Source of the DNA: Chlorokybus atmophyticus | Lineage: Eukaryota > Plantae > Mesostigma and Chlorokybus algae | Assembly: GCA_009103225.1 (NCBI GenBank) | Contig: RHPI01002069.1 | Coordinates: 2,645,768 to 2,709,767, forward strand | Direction of reading: 5' to 3' | Length of the DNA: 64,000 bases | Shown: positions 1-11,947 of the stretch, piece by piece | Numbering within the stretch: the first letter of the stretch is position 1 | Layout of the letters: each line of letters begins with the position of its first letter | Notes under the pieces: model-generated | What the model was told of the DNA's origin: nothing | The model's database searches: none | Seen by the model: the letters and a program-made list of their open reading frames with translations, nothing else | Made by a program: the position numbers and the translations under genes

Positions 1-717
1 GAAGGCAACAGCGGACACACATGGCAGTGTTGTTCAAGATTGTGTTGTGATTTTTGTTGTTGCTATCGTCTGCACTGCCTTGCCTGTGAGTGCCTCACGA
101 GAGGGAGCTTGCCCTTCTGCTATCTCAACCATACACCCCTGTTCCAATGGAACGACTGTTGTTCAATGAAATGTCTCACCTTCACCCCCTCCACGTCCAG
201 CCCCTGAGCGGCGAAGTCCCCCGCCAACCGCTCATGAAGAACCAACCTCTCTGCGTTGCCGCTGTCTTTGTGCTCCGCCGTCGCCTCCTCCTCCTCCGCC
301 GCCGCCGCCACCGCCGCTGGCACGTGAGCCATCGGCACACACGCTACACAGAATGAGGAGTAGAGACATGTTTTGGTTTAGTGGCGCGTTGTTGATGTTG
401 TGCTTAGTATAGCTGTTAAACTGCCATTCACGCTTGCGTTCCAGAACATTGATACAACGTCGTCAATCTCTCTGTCTATGTTGTTGTTGCAAACAAAAGC
501 AGCGGCAGTGTGCGTGTGACAACGACTCTCCATCATCAGAACAACAGCAAAAACCAAGCAGTTGTATCAGTATATATTCCCAAGTGCATCTGTCCTACCA
601 CCAGTCGCATCCAGCCCCCCTGTCTAGCACTATCTTACACACCAGCCATACAAACCAACAGTAACTGTACACCGTGTATATACTACACTACGCTACACAA
701 CACACCTCCCAACAAAT

Positions 718-1494
718 CTACACACTCGCTTCGTACTCCTCCGTCGCACACGCGTCCATCACCAACAGCCGCGGCTCCGATATTGTCACGCAGGACGCTG
801 ATGTTGATGGTGAGTCAACATTGGCAGCACGGCTCTCCAGAAGCCTTCGGCGCCGCCTAGCGCGCAGCGCAAAGTACTCCTGCGAGAGACGAGATGGTGT
901 TGGTGGGTCTGACTGGCCTGTTTGTGGGCATGTGGATGTAGATGTCGGGTGGTGCTCGTGTACGTGCGTGCGCACATGTATGTGTATGTGGGCAGCATGC
1001 ATGCATGCATACCATGTTCACCACCATCACGTGTACCTTGAGCAACTCCGTGGTTTCTTCCCCTCCATACCTCCTCAGGTCCGCAATCGACGGCGCGTAC
1101 CCGTACTCCCCCCGAAACCGCTCGTTCCAGCCGCGGATATCGCCCCCGAGCTCGCTGATCCTCTCCCACTCTGACGCCCTCTCGTCATCACCGACGCACA
1201 ACCCGACGTAATCAACGCCCGCTCCTTGCTGCCTCCTCGAAGGCGAGACAACACGATGGACTTGCTGCTGTTGTGGTCGTGGTTGTTTTGTCTGGGAATC
1301 AGTCTCTGAACCATTCAAAGCCTGAGCCCGCTGTTGGATATCCAGCGTGAAGAGGGATTTCCGGCCTCCGCCTCGTGATGTCGAGGGTGGTGAGGTGGGG
1401 ATGCCGGTGATGTGGAGGATGTCGATGGTATCGGTGAGGTGCGGGTAGCGCCGCTGAAGCCACCACTCCTTGAAACCTCGCCGCTGTACCAGCA

Positions 1495-1544
<50 letters not shown>

Positions 1545-2847
1545 TACTAACATTGGTGATGGAATAGTACATATGAACAGGCAGTTGCAAATACGCATGC
1601 GCGTGCGTGCGCATGCGTGTGTGTGCATGTGCCCGCGTGTGTGTGTGCGTGCGCATGCATGTCCGTGTGTCTTAAGTGATTGAGCGTCTCTGTACGTGCA
1701 TGCGTGCATGCAGTTGTGCGTGCGTGTGTGAGTTTGCGCATGTGCACGTACACACGTATGCTTGCGCGTGCACATTCGCACGCACGCATTTGCGTGCACG
1801 CGCACACAGGCATACATGTCACATCCCATGCATCGGCTCACCTGCCATGAGCGTTGGTTGGCATCGGCGATGAGCTGCCGCGTGGTCGGCTTGATCTCTT
1901 TCCCCTTGTGCGCAGCGCTCTGCCGCCGCCGCGTCTCCTCACTCGCCTGCAAGCAACGTGGCGCCCCTTGTTGTCGTGTTCTCACTATCCCACACAACAG
2001 AGAGAAAGAGAGACGCATGTAGCTTCACCACACCGACAGTTGTCTCACCCTCGTGCCCGTCTTCGTCACGGACGAGCGCGCCCGCGCCTCCGGCGTCATG
2101 CTCACACCTGCACACACACACAAACACATGCACACTTGTGAGTGGGTGAGACAAAGTCACACAACTGCTTTGCAACAGTCACCTTTGTTCCATGCCGTTC
2201 GGCCTCTGAGTGCCCCGCACACGCGCGAGCGGAAGTCGGCCTGCTGCCACTTGGCGCGCATCGACGCAGCGAGACGCAGACGCGCCTGGTCGGGCGTGTG
2301 TGGGAGGGTGGGTGAGGATGGGTGGATGTGCGCATGTATCTTTCCGTCTGCGTGCGTGCGTGCGTGCGTGTGTGCATGCGCTTGAGTTGTTGCATGCATG
2401 CATTTATGCGTGTGCATGTGAGTGTGTCACAGCGTGTGCTTCTGCGCGCGCGCGTGTGTCCTATGTAGTGTTTGTGTTTGTGCATTCTGTCTTGATACTA
2501 CACCGTTGCATGCTGCTTACTTCTGCACTCATGCCTTGGCGGCGGCGCCGGCCACCATCACTGCTGCTGCTGCTGCTGCTGCTGCTGGCAGTGGGGGCGG
2601 CTGCATGCTTACTGCGTTCTTTCTTGCCGCCATTGCTGCCTGTCGCCGCATGCTCACGTTTCGCATCCTCCTCCTTGACAACCACACTGCTGCTGCTGCT
2701 GCAACTCGGCTCCTGCTTTTGTGGAGCTTCAACACCATAGCAACCCTGAACTTTCAACAGGCGCTGAGAAAAACGAGTGACGCTGCGCTCCTGCTTAAGG
2801 ACGATGACGCTCACTCCGACGCCGACGCCGCCGACGCGCAGCGCCAT
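718..2847 (-). CDS. Spliced gene (6 exons, ~400 aa) encoding a protein with NUMOD3-like (nuclease-associated modular domain 3) basic repeats and a Ser-rich N-terminus
   Basis: Phase-consistent GT-AG exons 2521-2847, 2183-2285, 2049-2107, 1842-1946, 1037-1483, 718-879. The joined product reads GMSAEARLRLAASMRAKWQQADFRSRVCGALRGRTAWNKGVSMTPEARARSSVTKTGTRASEETRRRQSAAHKGK, i.e. repeated S/T-x-E-T/A-R-x-R/K-x-S units plus W-N-K-G, typical of plant NUMOD3 proteins. The 3' end is uncertain and may splice on to 180-345. Confidence 0.7.
1497..1540 (+). repeat. (AG)22 microsatellite in an intron, forming the polypyrimidine tract on the minus strand
   Basis: Perfect AG dinucleotide run read directly from the sequence. 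Confidence 0.97.
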
Positions 2848-3168
2848 GTCCCTCGCCGCCCCCCGCCACGTGTCGACCACCAGGAACGCCTTTACACCGT
2901 GGCGCCTACTCACAACGAAAGCCGCACAACATATTGCTCGCTCATGTGACCCGCACCCAACACACTAACAGCAAGTTGGGATGTGTGCGTTTGTGAGCGC
3001 GCGTTGTGCGGCACGAGCACAAGCCTCTGTGCGATGACGCACAAAGAGTGAACTGTATGTATGCTTACACCAGGCCGGACCAGGCCAAGCTAGACCAGGC
3101 CAGGCCGGGGCGGCGGCGACGGGCGGCTCATCGGCGTCACTGGCATTGTCGTTGTTGCTGGCGTCGTC

Positions 3169-5210
3169 ATGGCGGTAGCTAATCCGCCTGCGTTTCAGGA
3201 GGCGGCGGCCTGCCAGCAGTGCGGAGCGGGCTTCTCGGTGTTCCGACGCAAGGTTGTGCCTAGATTGATGCTTCAGTATGTTCTTTTTGCTAATTGTGGA
3301 ATCTTGTAGCTGTCCTCGCTTCATCACAAACACTAATCGCGAATAACAAAGTACTCCCTGCACTGCGCAACACCCAAATTTGCGGAGGTTTCTCCGTCCG
3401 TTACACCATGTTTGGCGTTTGTTCAATCACACAGCAATTCCGACTGTCAAAAATATCCTGAGGAGGGAGGGAGGGAGAGAGACGAGAGCAAAACAAACTC
3501 ACTACTTGCATAAGCTAACCTGTTGCACTGCAGCACCATTGCCGTGCGTGCGGGCGCAGTTTCTGCAACGAGCACTCGTCCAAGACAAAGGCAAGCGGCA
3601 ACACAGATAGAATATGCGTGTATGCATGCGTGTGTGCACGTCTATGTGTGTGTGTGCGCGTGTGTATATGCATGCGCATGAGCGTGTGTATGTGCATGGC
3701 TATGATTACATGGTTGTCAACAATTGCACGCGTACAGGCGTTGCCCCAGTTCGGGCTTACAACTCCCGTGCGAGTCTGCGATGAGTGCTTTGTAGCTACA
3801 CCTGTACAAAGGTTTGTGCGCTCGTTTGTGTGCGTGCCCTCACTCATGTGCATGTACAAGTATCCATGATTATTGTCACATTACATGACCACAACAGAAG
3901 TCAACTCCAATGACACACTTGTACTTCAACTTCTTCAGATCAACGTCCTACAACAATGCTAATGCCACAAGCAGCGGTCCACAGCGTGCATTGCCCAACG
4001 CAACACCACCGTCGTTATCATCCAACACGGTCGAGGATACCGACAATGTCATGGATATCGCCGACATCGCTCCCCGGCAGGCGACAGCGATATCGCCCCC
4101 ACCCCCGCCGATAAACTGCACGTGCCACATGCCGCTGTGCATATGCCCACAAGAAGAGGACAAACAGGAAGAGAAGCAGCAGAGAGAGGAGGAGAGGAGG
4201 AAAACCGTAAGCATACTCTTGTTGTTGCTGCTGTTGTTGATGTTGCTGTTGTCGTTGTATTCTCTAAGTCGAGCACTAACTTCACCGCAGGTTACTGTTC
4301 ACAAGCCTTCCAACAACACTGTCACACCTGCCAACGCCAAGCCAAAGCCTCCTGCTTCGCAGCACGCAACAGCAGCCAGCAGCAGCAGCAGCAACAACAA
4401 CAGCAGTCTGCCAAGCCTGTTCTTTACAGGCGGCACAACAGGTGGGAGGGAGAGAGACAGAGACGCTTGTGTGTGGGTTTGTGTCTGTGGCATGAGTGGT
4501 GAAGTAGTTGTTGTGTATACAGTGCCGGTGACGGAGGGGCGGACTGATTATGAGGTCTCGGGTGAGGGCGCGAGGGAAGCGATCAAAGAGAAGGATCTTG
4601 CGGGGTTGCAGAGGCTTCTGACACAGGCAAGCACACAACACAAATGCACATCGTGTGGGGTTGATGAAGGAGAGTGGGTGTGTACATAACAGCCCTGTGG
4701 AGTGCCTGTGTAAAGGAGGGTATTGACTTGACAGATTTGCTGATAGAACTGTGTGTTGGCCGTTCCAGGGAGTTGACCCGAATTACAAAGACAGGCAGGG
4801 CATGTCGCTGCTGCACGTGGTAATGTGCAGTGCCTTTGACACAACAATGCACATGTGCACTCGCTGTTACTGTTGGAAAAACAGCCAGCATGTGAGTGAT
4901 ACTCCTTATAGCTTATGCAACCTTGATCATGCAGGCAGCGGTGTTCAACTATTCAGTTATCGCACTCGCATTGATTGATGCCGGCGCAGACATTACATCC
5001 AAAAACACACAAGGTAAGGGGCAAGCTTGCTTCTGCGTGCCATGTGAAGTGCCTATGCTTTGCAAGCGTGACATGTTAAGGGGTTGAAACACAGTGCCTG
5101 TGAGTTCATGATCATCATATTTGCGTGTGTGTATAGGGGAAACCCCGTTGGAGTGTGCACCCGCTACCCTAAGTCGATTGATGCAGCAGCATTCATCTGC
5201 TGCAAAATAG
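3169..5210 (+). CDS. FYVE zinc finger + C-terminal ankyrin-repeat protein (plant-type), 9 exons
   Basis: Exons 3169-3252, 3534-3590, 3738-3811, 3939-4206, 4291-4441, 4523-4626, 4769-4819, 4935-5013, 5137-5210 join in phase. FYVE: CQQCGAGFSVFRRKHHCRACGRSFC...PVRVCDEC. A CTCHMPLCIC motif follows. Ankyrin region: YEVSGEGAREAIKEKDLAGLQRLLTQGVDPNYKDRQGMSLLHVAAVFN...GETPLECAPATL. Confidence 0.92.
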
Positions 5211-5613
5211 GCAAGCAAGGCAGGCAATTGCGTCGGCCACATGTCTGTATCTGTAACAAAGTGTACACGTTGTATGGAATCTGTCGCTCTTCTTATTCTG
5301 GTTGCTCTCTTTCAGTTGCACACATGCTCAATGCAGTTGGTTGGTGGTGTAGTCACATTGACGTGTTTCAGCCACGAGGCATGGCAATCTTGGTGGCAAA
5401 TTGAACAGCTTGAACGCAAACTTCACATTGCGTTTGCACGAGTACGCAACTTGCATGACCGCGTGCGCTCATGCGCGCGTATGTAGCACACTACTGTATA
5501 TTAAAAAGGAAACACGGGCAAGGGTCCAGCAACATGACCATGCCAAACCAGATCACGTATACTGCCGCTAGTGCGCTAGCGCACGTACACACACGTCAAT
5601 CACTATACACATG

Positions 5614-6030
5614 TCACACACTAGCCCCCTCACGACGCGCCAGCGAGGACAGCGTCCTCCTCCGCGGTGGCGGGCACCGTCCGCAGCGGCGCCCAGCCCG
5701 GGACCGCTGCCACCACTGCTGCTCCGCGTTCCAACAGCGCCAGACCTTGCTCGCTCGTTGTATCGCACACGCCACCGTTTGCCTGTCCATGGCAACAAAG
5801 CCGCTCAAGCGCCCCAGTGCCAGGCCACGCAGGTACACCGCCCGTTTGGCGCACGTGGCGATGAGCGCGTTGAACGCTCCTCCGAGCAACCCGTGGGTTT
5901 CGGCCGCCAGTGGGATGAACTTGTCCGCCGGCGGGTGGTCATTGTACTTGCGGCGCTTCGCCTGCTCCGCCTCCTTCGCCGCCGCCCCGGGTCTGGGCCC
6001 TGCGTATGTTGATGTGAAAAAGGGTGACCA
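5614..6030 (-). mobile_element. 5'-truncated tail of an RLE-type (CRE/R2-like group) non-LTR retrotransposon
   Basis: GC-rich island translating STYAGPRPGAAAKEAEQAKRRKYNDHPPADKFIPLAAETHGLLG...QTVACAIQR. This matches the A-A-x-x-A-E-x-x-K-x-x-K-Y / F-x-P-L-A-x-E-T-x-G signature of restriction-like endonuclease domains. Confidence 0.7.
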
Positions 6031-6302
6031 TGTGGGTGTGTGCGCGCGCACAACATGCAAATACGCACTCACACTCTCTCAGCGCTGCGCACACACAGGA
6101 AGAGAGACCATGCGCGTATGTGTGCACCCGTGTGAGTGCATAGGGTAAATACCGCAATTGCCACTTGGATATGCACACTCAGTGCATGCTGCAATGGCCC
6201 TTTAGACCTGGACACACCCGTAGGGTAAGCAGGGCGGGCCGGGCAATCCAACAACAACCAATCTCAGTCCCGTAACCAACTCACCTACAGCTCAAGTGCC
6301 AT

Positions 6303-7541
6303 GTGTGCTATTCAAATGCAGCAACAGGCAGGCCCAAGGACGCACCTCTGCCATTCATTGACAATGCAATGGTTCAACAATGCAAGCTATATCGCCGGCC
6401 CATTTCACGTAGCAGTGTACGTCGCTGCCAATTGCAGCGGTGTACTAGGATGCGCACAGCCCGACACTTCAAACTTTCCCCGCCGGTGACATGCGGCCAT
6501 GTCAGCAGTTGTTCAGTGCTCATCCGCGCTGTGTGGCAGCGCGCCGGGGTCGCCGGCGGCGAGGTACGTTAGGCCGTTGTTAAGCAACACACCCACAATG
6601 CTACGCCGGAAATCTGTGCTAAAGTTGTGGCGAGCGACAGCCCAGTCCTGTACGCCGCTGTCACGACCTCTTGTAAAAAGGGGTCTCTCTGCAGCTACTG
6701 AGCTACCCAAAATGAGGAGCTGCACTGTCGCTGTCGTGCGGAGCCTCCAGGCGCGGTGCATGCATGCACAACAGCTGCGTTCGGCCGGTCGCTATGCAAC
6801 TCAGCTTTTCCTGTCGCCACCATTGCCTCAGTGGCACCTGCCGACAGGCACCCGCTGCAGTGCTAGCCAAGCTGGTGGTTGTGTAGGCCTATCCAGCGCC
6901 TCATTAGCAACGTATGTACTTTGAGTGCTTGTTTTGCTTGCGTTGTGGCGTTCGTGTTGCGTCACTGTTTTGATGCTAGTGCGCGCCTGCATATTAAGGA
7001 GCAGTTGAAGGTGCTTGGGGACGAGCATTGGGGGATCCTCGTCGACATGTGCTTTGGAAGCGCCAAGGATGATTCCGCCCTCGCAGACATGTGTATAGCA
7101 TTGGCGATGCTCACAAAAGACCGCAACTTGTTCAAGCGGGAGTGTGCGCTACCAAAAGAGCTGGCAGCAGCTGTGTGTGCCAAGACAGTATACAAGCGCG
7201 AGAACCAGCAAGGTGAGGAAGTCTTGCTTCTCGTGGCCCGCAAGCCGCCGGCCCGTCGACCGTCGGCGTTTGGAGAGTTCTTCCGGTTCTGCAACTTCCG
7301 TCGGCGTTTGAGAGCCGTCGTCGTGTTGGCGATGACGATGCACAGCCGGCTCCGTCCGGCCCTTCCTTACCCCCCGAGAACTGTGGCCACGGGCCACGCA
7401 GTGCTGGCGGCAATGCCGGCACTGACGACGACGACGGTGGCGAAGCTCTGCGGTGTGCCAGCTCTGAGTGTGTGCGACAGCAGCGCCACGTTCACGCCCA
7501 GACTGGCCAGGCTGACCAGGATGCAGCGCAGGCGGCCATGA
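6303..7541 (+). pseudogene. Disrupted long reading frame of unknown function with Cys/His-rich N-terminal segments
   Basis: ORFs 6303-6572 and 6879-7541 share a frame and are separated by three in-frame stops. The C-terminal 220 aa look protein-like (…AVVVLAMTMHSRLRPALPYPP…). No family recognised. Confidence 0.3.
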
Positions 7542-7639
7542 GGCTGAGCGGCGGCGGCCGGCAACCGCCAGAGCCACGGTGTTGCTAGGCAAGTCAGTGC
7601 ACACCGCACTGCACAGCTTGTCTACATTGACAAACGCAG

Positions 7640-8000
7640 GTACAAGCACACGTACATGCTCGTGTGCACACAAGCGTGCTTATGCACTCGTTCTCACCCA
7701 CACCCGCGCAAAGCATTGCACGCGTGCACGCAGATGCAAGTTGTTTCAGACACACACATACACATACATGTGCACGCAGATCATGACACATGTGCACACA
7801 GAAGCGCGCGCACACACTGACTTACACACGTGCACACACACGCACAGCACTGCACACTAGGCCTACATTTAATGACACACACAATGGCACACACTGCGCA
7901 TTGCACAAGCGTGTGCACACTCGTGCTCACCCACACTAACACCCACACACGTGCAATGCACTGCACGCGCGCACGCAAATGCACACGCTGACGCACACTT
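7640..8000 (+). repeat. CA/GCAC-rich low-complexity tract
   Basis: Interrupted (CA)n/(GCAC)n runs. The overlapping ORFs are compositional artefacts. Confidence 0.8.
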
Positions 8001-8049
8001 TATTCATGTGTTGTAATTTGCAAATGGCATGATTGTCAATAAATTATAG

Positions 8050-9830
8050 CCCTAACAAGTGATGCAGATAAAAGGATGGTCTCAAAGTTGAGGATCCGAT
8101 ATGATGCAAACGAAACAATACAAATGGAGTGATTGGTACATTCTGTTTGATAAATTGATAGGATTGCTTGTAAGGGTAAGAAAAGTTGGCAAATCTTCTC
8201 GCGATGCGTCTGTGTCTTACGTGAGAGGATGTTAAAATATACGCATCTTACGACGTATCGTGCCCGAATATTGCCATCGACTTTGCAAAGAATATGAAGA
8301 TGAGTGCAGGCATGCTTGCTTAGCGCGATTGATCAATTCTTGTGCTACATTAAGGAAGCTGACATGAAATGAGATGATTTGCAAAACGCACGGGGATGCT
8401 CTCCAGATTAAGGGCTCAATCCGCCTTTGAGGCAAGCCCGAATCCCCATGTATTATATAATACATATATGTCAAAACTATGTTATCATAATGCAATATCT
8501 CGTGGCTTACATGTGTTATTACATATACGCCAACTCAGATAGACGAGGAGAGGTTATGTCCCTCAGTTGCAGAGATTGACCAGTTTAAATCTAATCTGCA
8601 AGCAGGCGTTTGCGACGACATGCGGTCGAGGAATAAATTAAAGCCGGTCGACTGCTAGTCGACCACCAGAATCATCGCGCTCGATATCGTTTGACCGTGC
8701 AATTGTCCAGATTGAACGGTGTTGGCAGGTTGAGACGCTCGATGTTACCAATCATCTGGCGGCGGCACGACGTGGGCGCGCTGCATTGCAGCACCCCCTG
8801 CTCACAACTTCTAAAGGACTTGCTGCAGGTAGAGCATCTGGAAGCCCGCGGCTATGCAACATGCTCGGCTTGGTACGTCATGTCTATAGCAATACGGAGC
8901 TTCCTTGGGTTAAGAGTTATTGAGTATGCTTTTGGTAACAGAAACGTGATTGCTTGGTCTTAATGTGCAGTGAGGAGAAAATGGCATCAGCTCTTGGGTC
9001 GGTATTAATTCTTAGCCTGCCAGCCTTAGACCGTTGAAGAGGGTACCACGACTGCTTGACAAGTACCGAAGAAGATAAGCCATTGCATCATGGTGGTTGC
9101 AGTCTGTAAGCCTAAATAACATAGAAGCACAGAGTGGAGTTTGTGCGAAGGGTGCGTATCTTATTTCCTTGTTTGGATATACCTCATTTACCATCTTTTA
9201 TGTTCATGTCGGTACACTGGTTAAAATGCGGAATCAACCGCAGCTTTAATCGCTTATACAAGTTGCTATTATCTCACACGCGTGGAGCAAGGTTGCAAGG
9301 GGGTTTTTTAAGTACCATCCAAATGACGAAAGACATTGTCAAGCGAGACCAGATGATCGCATTGGAGTGCTTAGGCAATCTCTTTGGAATATCGCAACCG
9401 AGCTTGTTTACAAGCCGGTAAGTAGGAAGCTTTTGTGTTTGCGCAAAATGCAATGCGTGTTGCAGTGCATGAAGCATGTTACATATGCAGGTGCTGGCAC
9501 TCGAAGACACGTGAAGCCCCCCGATTTTTAAACCTTTCGCATCCACTATGAAAGTCCGCATCCGCATGGTTGGGCTGCGCCATGTCCTTTTTGCCCTCAT
9601 TCATTTCCTACTCCTAATGCATCACGTCTTTCAACAATCTTTCATCCTTGCGCTTTTCCAAGTTCAATACCCGGCCTCCGGTTATATGCTTAGTCATTAG
9701 TATTAGTGGAAACAGAAAGGCTGCATATACGGCGGTATATGTAGCCTTTCTATTTTCTCTTCTTCTTCTGTTTACATGTGTGCATCTCATATTGATCTGC
9801 GTTCTTTCTTTGCGGGCCTTATGCACAACA
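8050..9830 (-). mobile_element. Highly degenerate hAT-like transposase remnant
   Basis: AT-richer block. Minus-strand frames give a BED-like FECQH…TATRI…NTKAS(Y)LPAC, an R-A-R-x-I-L…P-A-L-I-Y segment and LPLQAILSIYQTE, in the order expected for hAT, with many stops and frameshifts. Confidence 0.35.
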
Positions 9831-10499
9831 CTTTAATACATCTTGTGCTTACGCTTTAAACCAACAACATCACCTTTGTCGCAAACGGTCATCATTAATT
9901 CAAAGCGTTAAGTTTACTGTCAATGCACTGGTCAGGTCCTTGTGAGATGAGTCAAGCAGTTTAAATTGTTATAACACACATACCCACATATGCGCAGGCA
10001 TAGACACTTGCTCGGGCATGCACAACCACACGTACAGGCATGCCCAACCAAATGTACCCACACATAGTCACTTATAGAGGTAAACATGTGTGCGCATGCA
10101 TGTGCACTCGTGTATGTGAAAGACGGGGCACGTGCGCATGCGTGGACTTTTGTTGCATGCAGGCTGTGCTGGACTTTGTGAAGCGGAACACAATGGTGTG
10201 ATGACCGTGCTCATACGTCGCAAATATGACACGGTGACTGATCAAAGACTGACGGGTGAGCCTGAGCCTGCCTAAGCCTGCCTGCCGCTGCCTCGAATGT
10301 TACTTTTTGATTGTTGGGTTTGCCGTTGGCTTAAGTGGACTGACGCTAATGGCTGCGGGCCGAAAGGGGTTGTCAGTGGCACTGACAGGCCGAGAGTTGT
10401 CAATCAGTCACCTTTTGATCGATTTGCACAGACGGCCGTGAGCCGGTAGTCATGGACAGCTGACAGCAATAGCCGGCAGTCTTTGCCGCTACACTGCTG

Positions 10500-11193
10500 T
10501 TAATCTGTGAACCTTACCGTTTGACAAAAGTTGGCAATTCTTGCCGTAAGCCAACACCAACATGCCATGCAGCTTGTACAAACCTTGGACTGCTTGTTTC
10601 GTCTTGCAATTTTAAGCCCACAATATATGCAATGTACCGGCAGTGGTGAGAGTATGTCCACTTGCAACTGAGCAGCCGACTTGCGCATGAAACTACCCAC
10701 AACATTGAAACTAGCTGTCGCACTCATGCGCAGCATATCAACCCGTGGTTCCTGCCTCAGAACTCCTCCTCAACCCGCTCCTCATGTTCCTCCTCCGACA
10801 AGTTTTCTGCTTCAACATTGGAGTCATTATCTGCCTCGCTCGCTGACAATACAGCGGCTACTTCGTCCTTCAACTTAAATGTCAGTACCTTGCCGTGCAT
10901 GCGCATGCGCTTAATGGTCGCTTTGAGAGTGACTAACTGCATTTGGTATTGCTGTAAAAGGCGTGCTGCCAGAGGATTAAACCATCAGCATACACATGCT
11001 TACCTCGTCTTCCGCTTTCTTGCACTCCGCTAGGCAGACAGTCAGCCTGCCGCGCTGCTCTTGGTTCACTCTGACCAACATGGCAATCTGCAAGCATACT
11101 GCTTAATTGCCGCTGGAAACATAGAACTAGGTCATGAGTTACCCGCTCGTGGTACTCCGCATCTTCTCTTTTGCGACTTGTGAGCTCCCGCAA
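10500..11193 (-). pseudogene. Degenerate ORF with an acidic coiled coil and a Cys-rich (PHD-like) C-terminus, divergent from the Plavaka transposase
   Basis: Fragments RELTSRKREDAEYHERV…, LKDEVAAVLSASEADNDSNVEAENLSEEEHEERVEEEF and …HCIYCGLK…VCTSCMACWCW in shifting frames. Confidence 0.3.
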
Positions 11194-11947
11194 GTAGAAA
11201 TAGGCTGTGCATTGCGAGATTGGTCATGATGTTTATGTGCATGACACTGGAGGCTGTGCATGAGGGTGTGCATGTTGTATTGACAGTGTATGTCATGTGC
11301 AAGATACTTGAGGCTGTGCATGTGCAAGATAAAAGAACCCTAGCATGTGGCATTGACAATGCATTGTAACCCACTTTAATTATGCCAGTTTTGTTTGGTC
11401 TCTTCAATTATGTCGCCGGTCGCAGCTGCTGGTGGGTCGGATGTTCTTAGAGGCAGTATTGTGGTGTGCCTTTGCCCACTCGGAGGGGGAGTCTTGTAAG
11501 ATATCACTCGAGTCACTGTTGTCATTGGCTGTGCCTTTGGTAGGCATGGTGGGTTTAACACCAAGGACACCCCACCGGCACCTTGCCCGCCCTATGCGAA
11601 CATGGGCTTCATCCCGGACCTTGACCACAACGCCCACTACGCCCCTGGCAGTGCCGCTAACGATCCACCAAACGCCACATACCCTCGGCATCACCGCCCT
11701 GTAAGGGCATGACTTGGCGGAGCCATCAATGGTGTTTTCATGCGCAGGGACTGGCATTGCCAGCACTTGTCAATGGTACGAACTGCCATTGCTACTATGC
11801 AAAGGTATCGTTGAAATGGTACCTTTTGGCAAAGGCATCCTCGTACCATTGAAATGGTTCAATCAGGATATTTATGCAGACTCACCCCACCCTGGATGTG
11901 TAATGGCAATCGTACCATGGTAATGATACGACGGAGCCGTTACGCCA

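Noticed and set aside
64-345. Exon-like ORF (VPMAHVPAAVAAAAEEEE…QGLDVEGVK|GTGAGA) that could extend the NUMOD3 gene
   Set aside because: It requires a weak GA|GTGTGT donor near 725, whereas an in-frame stop at 718 ends the gene simply. Left unresolved.
1540-2460. Numerous His/Thr/Cys/Val-rich ORFs in the track (also 3600-3870, 7560-8000, 62950-64000)
   Set aside because: Translations of (CA/TG/GCAT)n intronic or intergenic low-complexity DNA.
10229-10440. CACGG…CCGTG-bounded segment with internal inverted GGTGACTGAT/ATCAGTCACC, considered as the Plavaka left TIR
   Set aside because: No matching right-hand TIR found near 17.3 kb or 20.6-21 kb.
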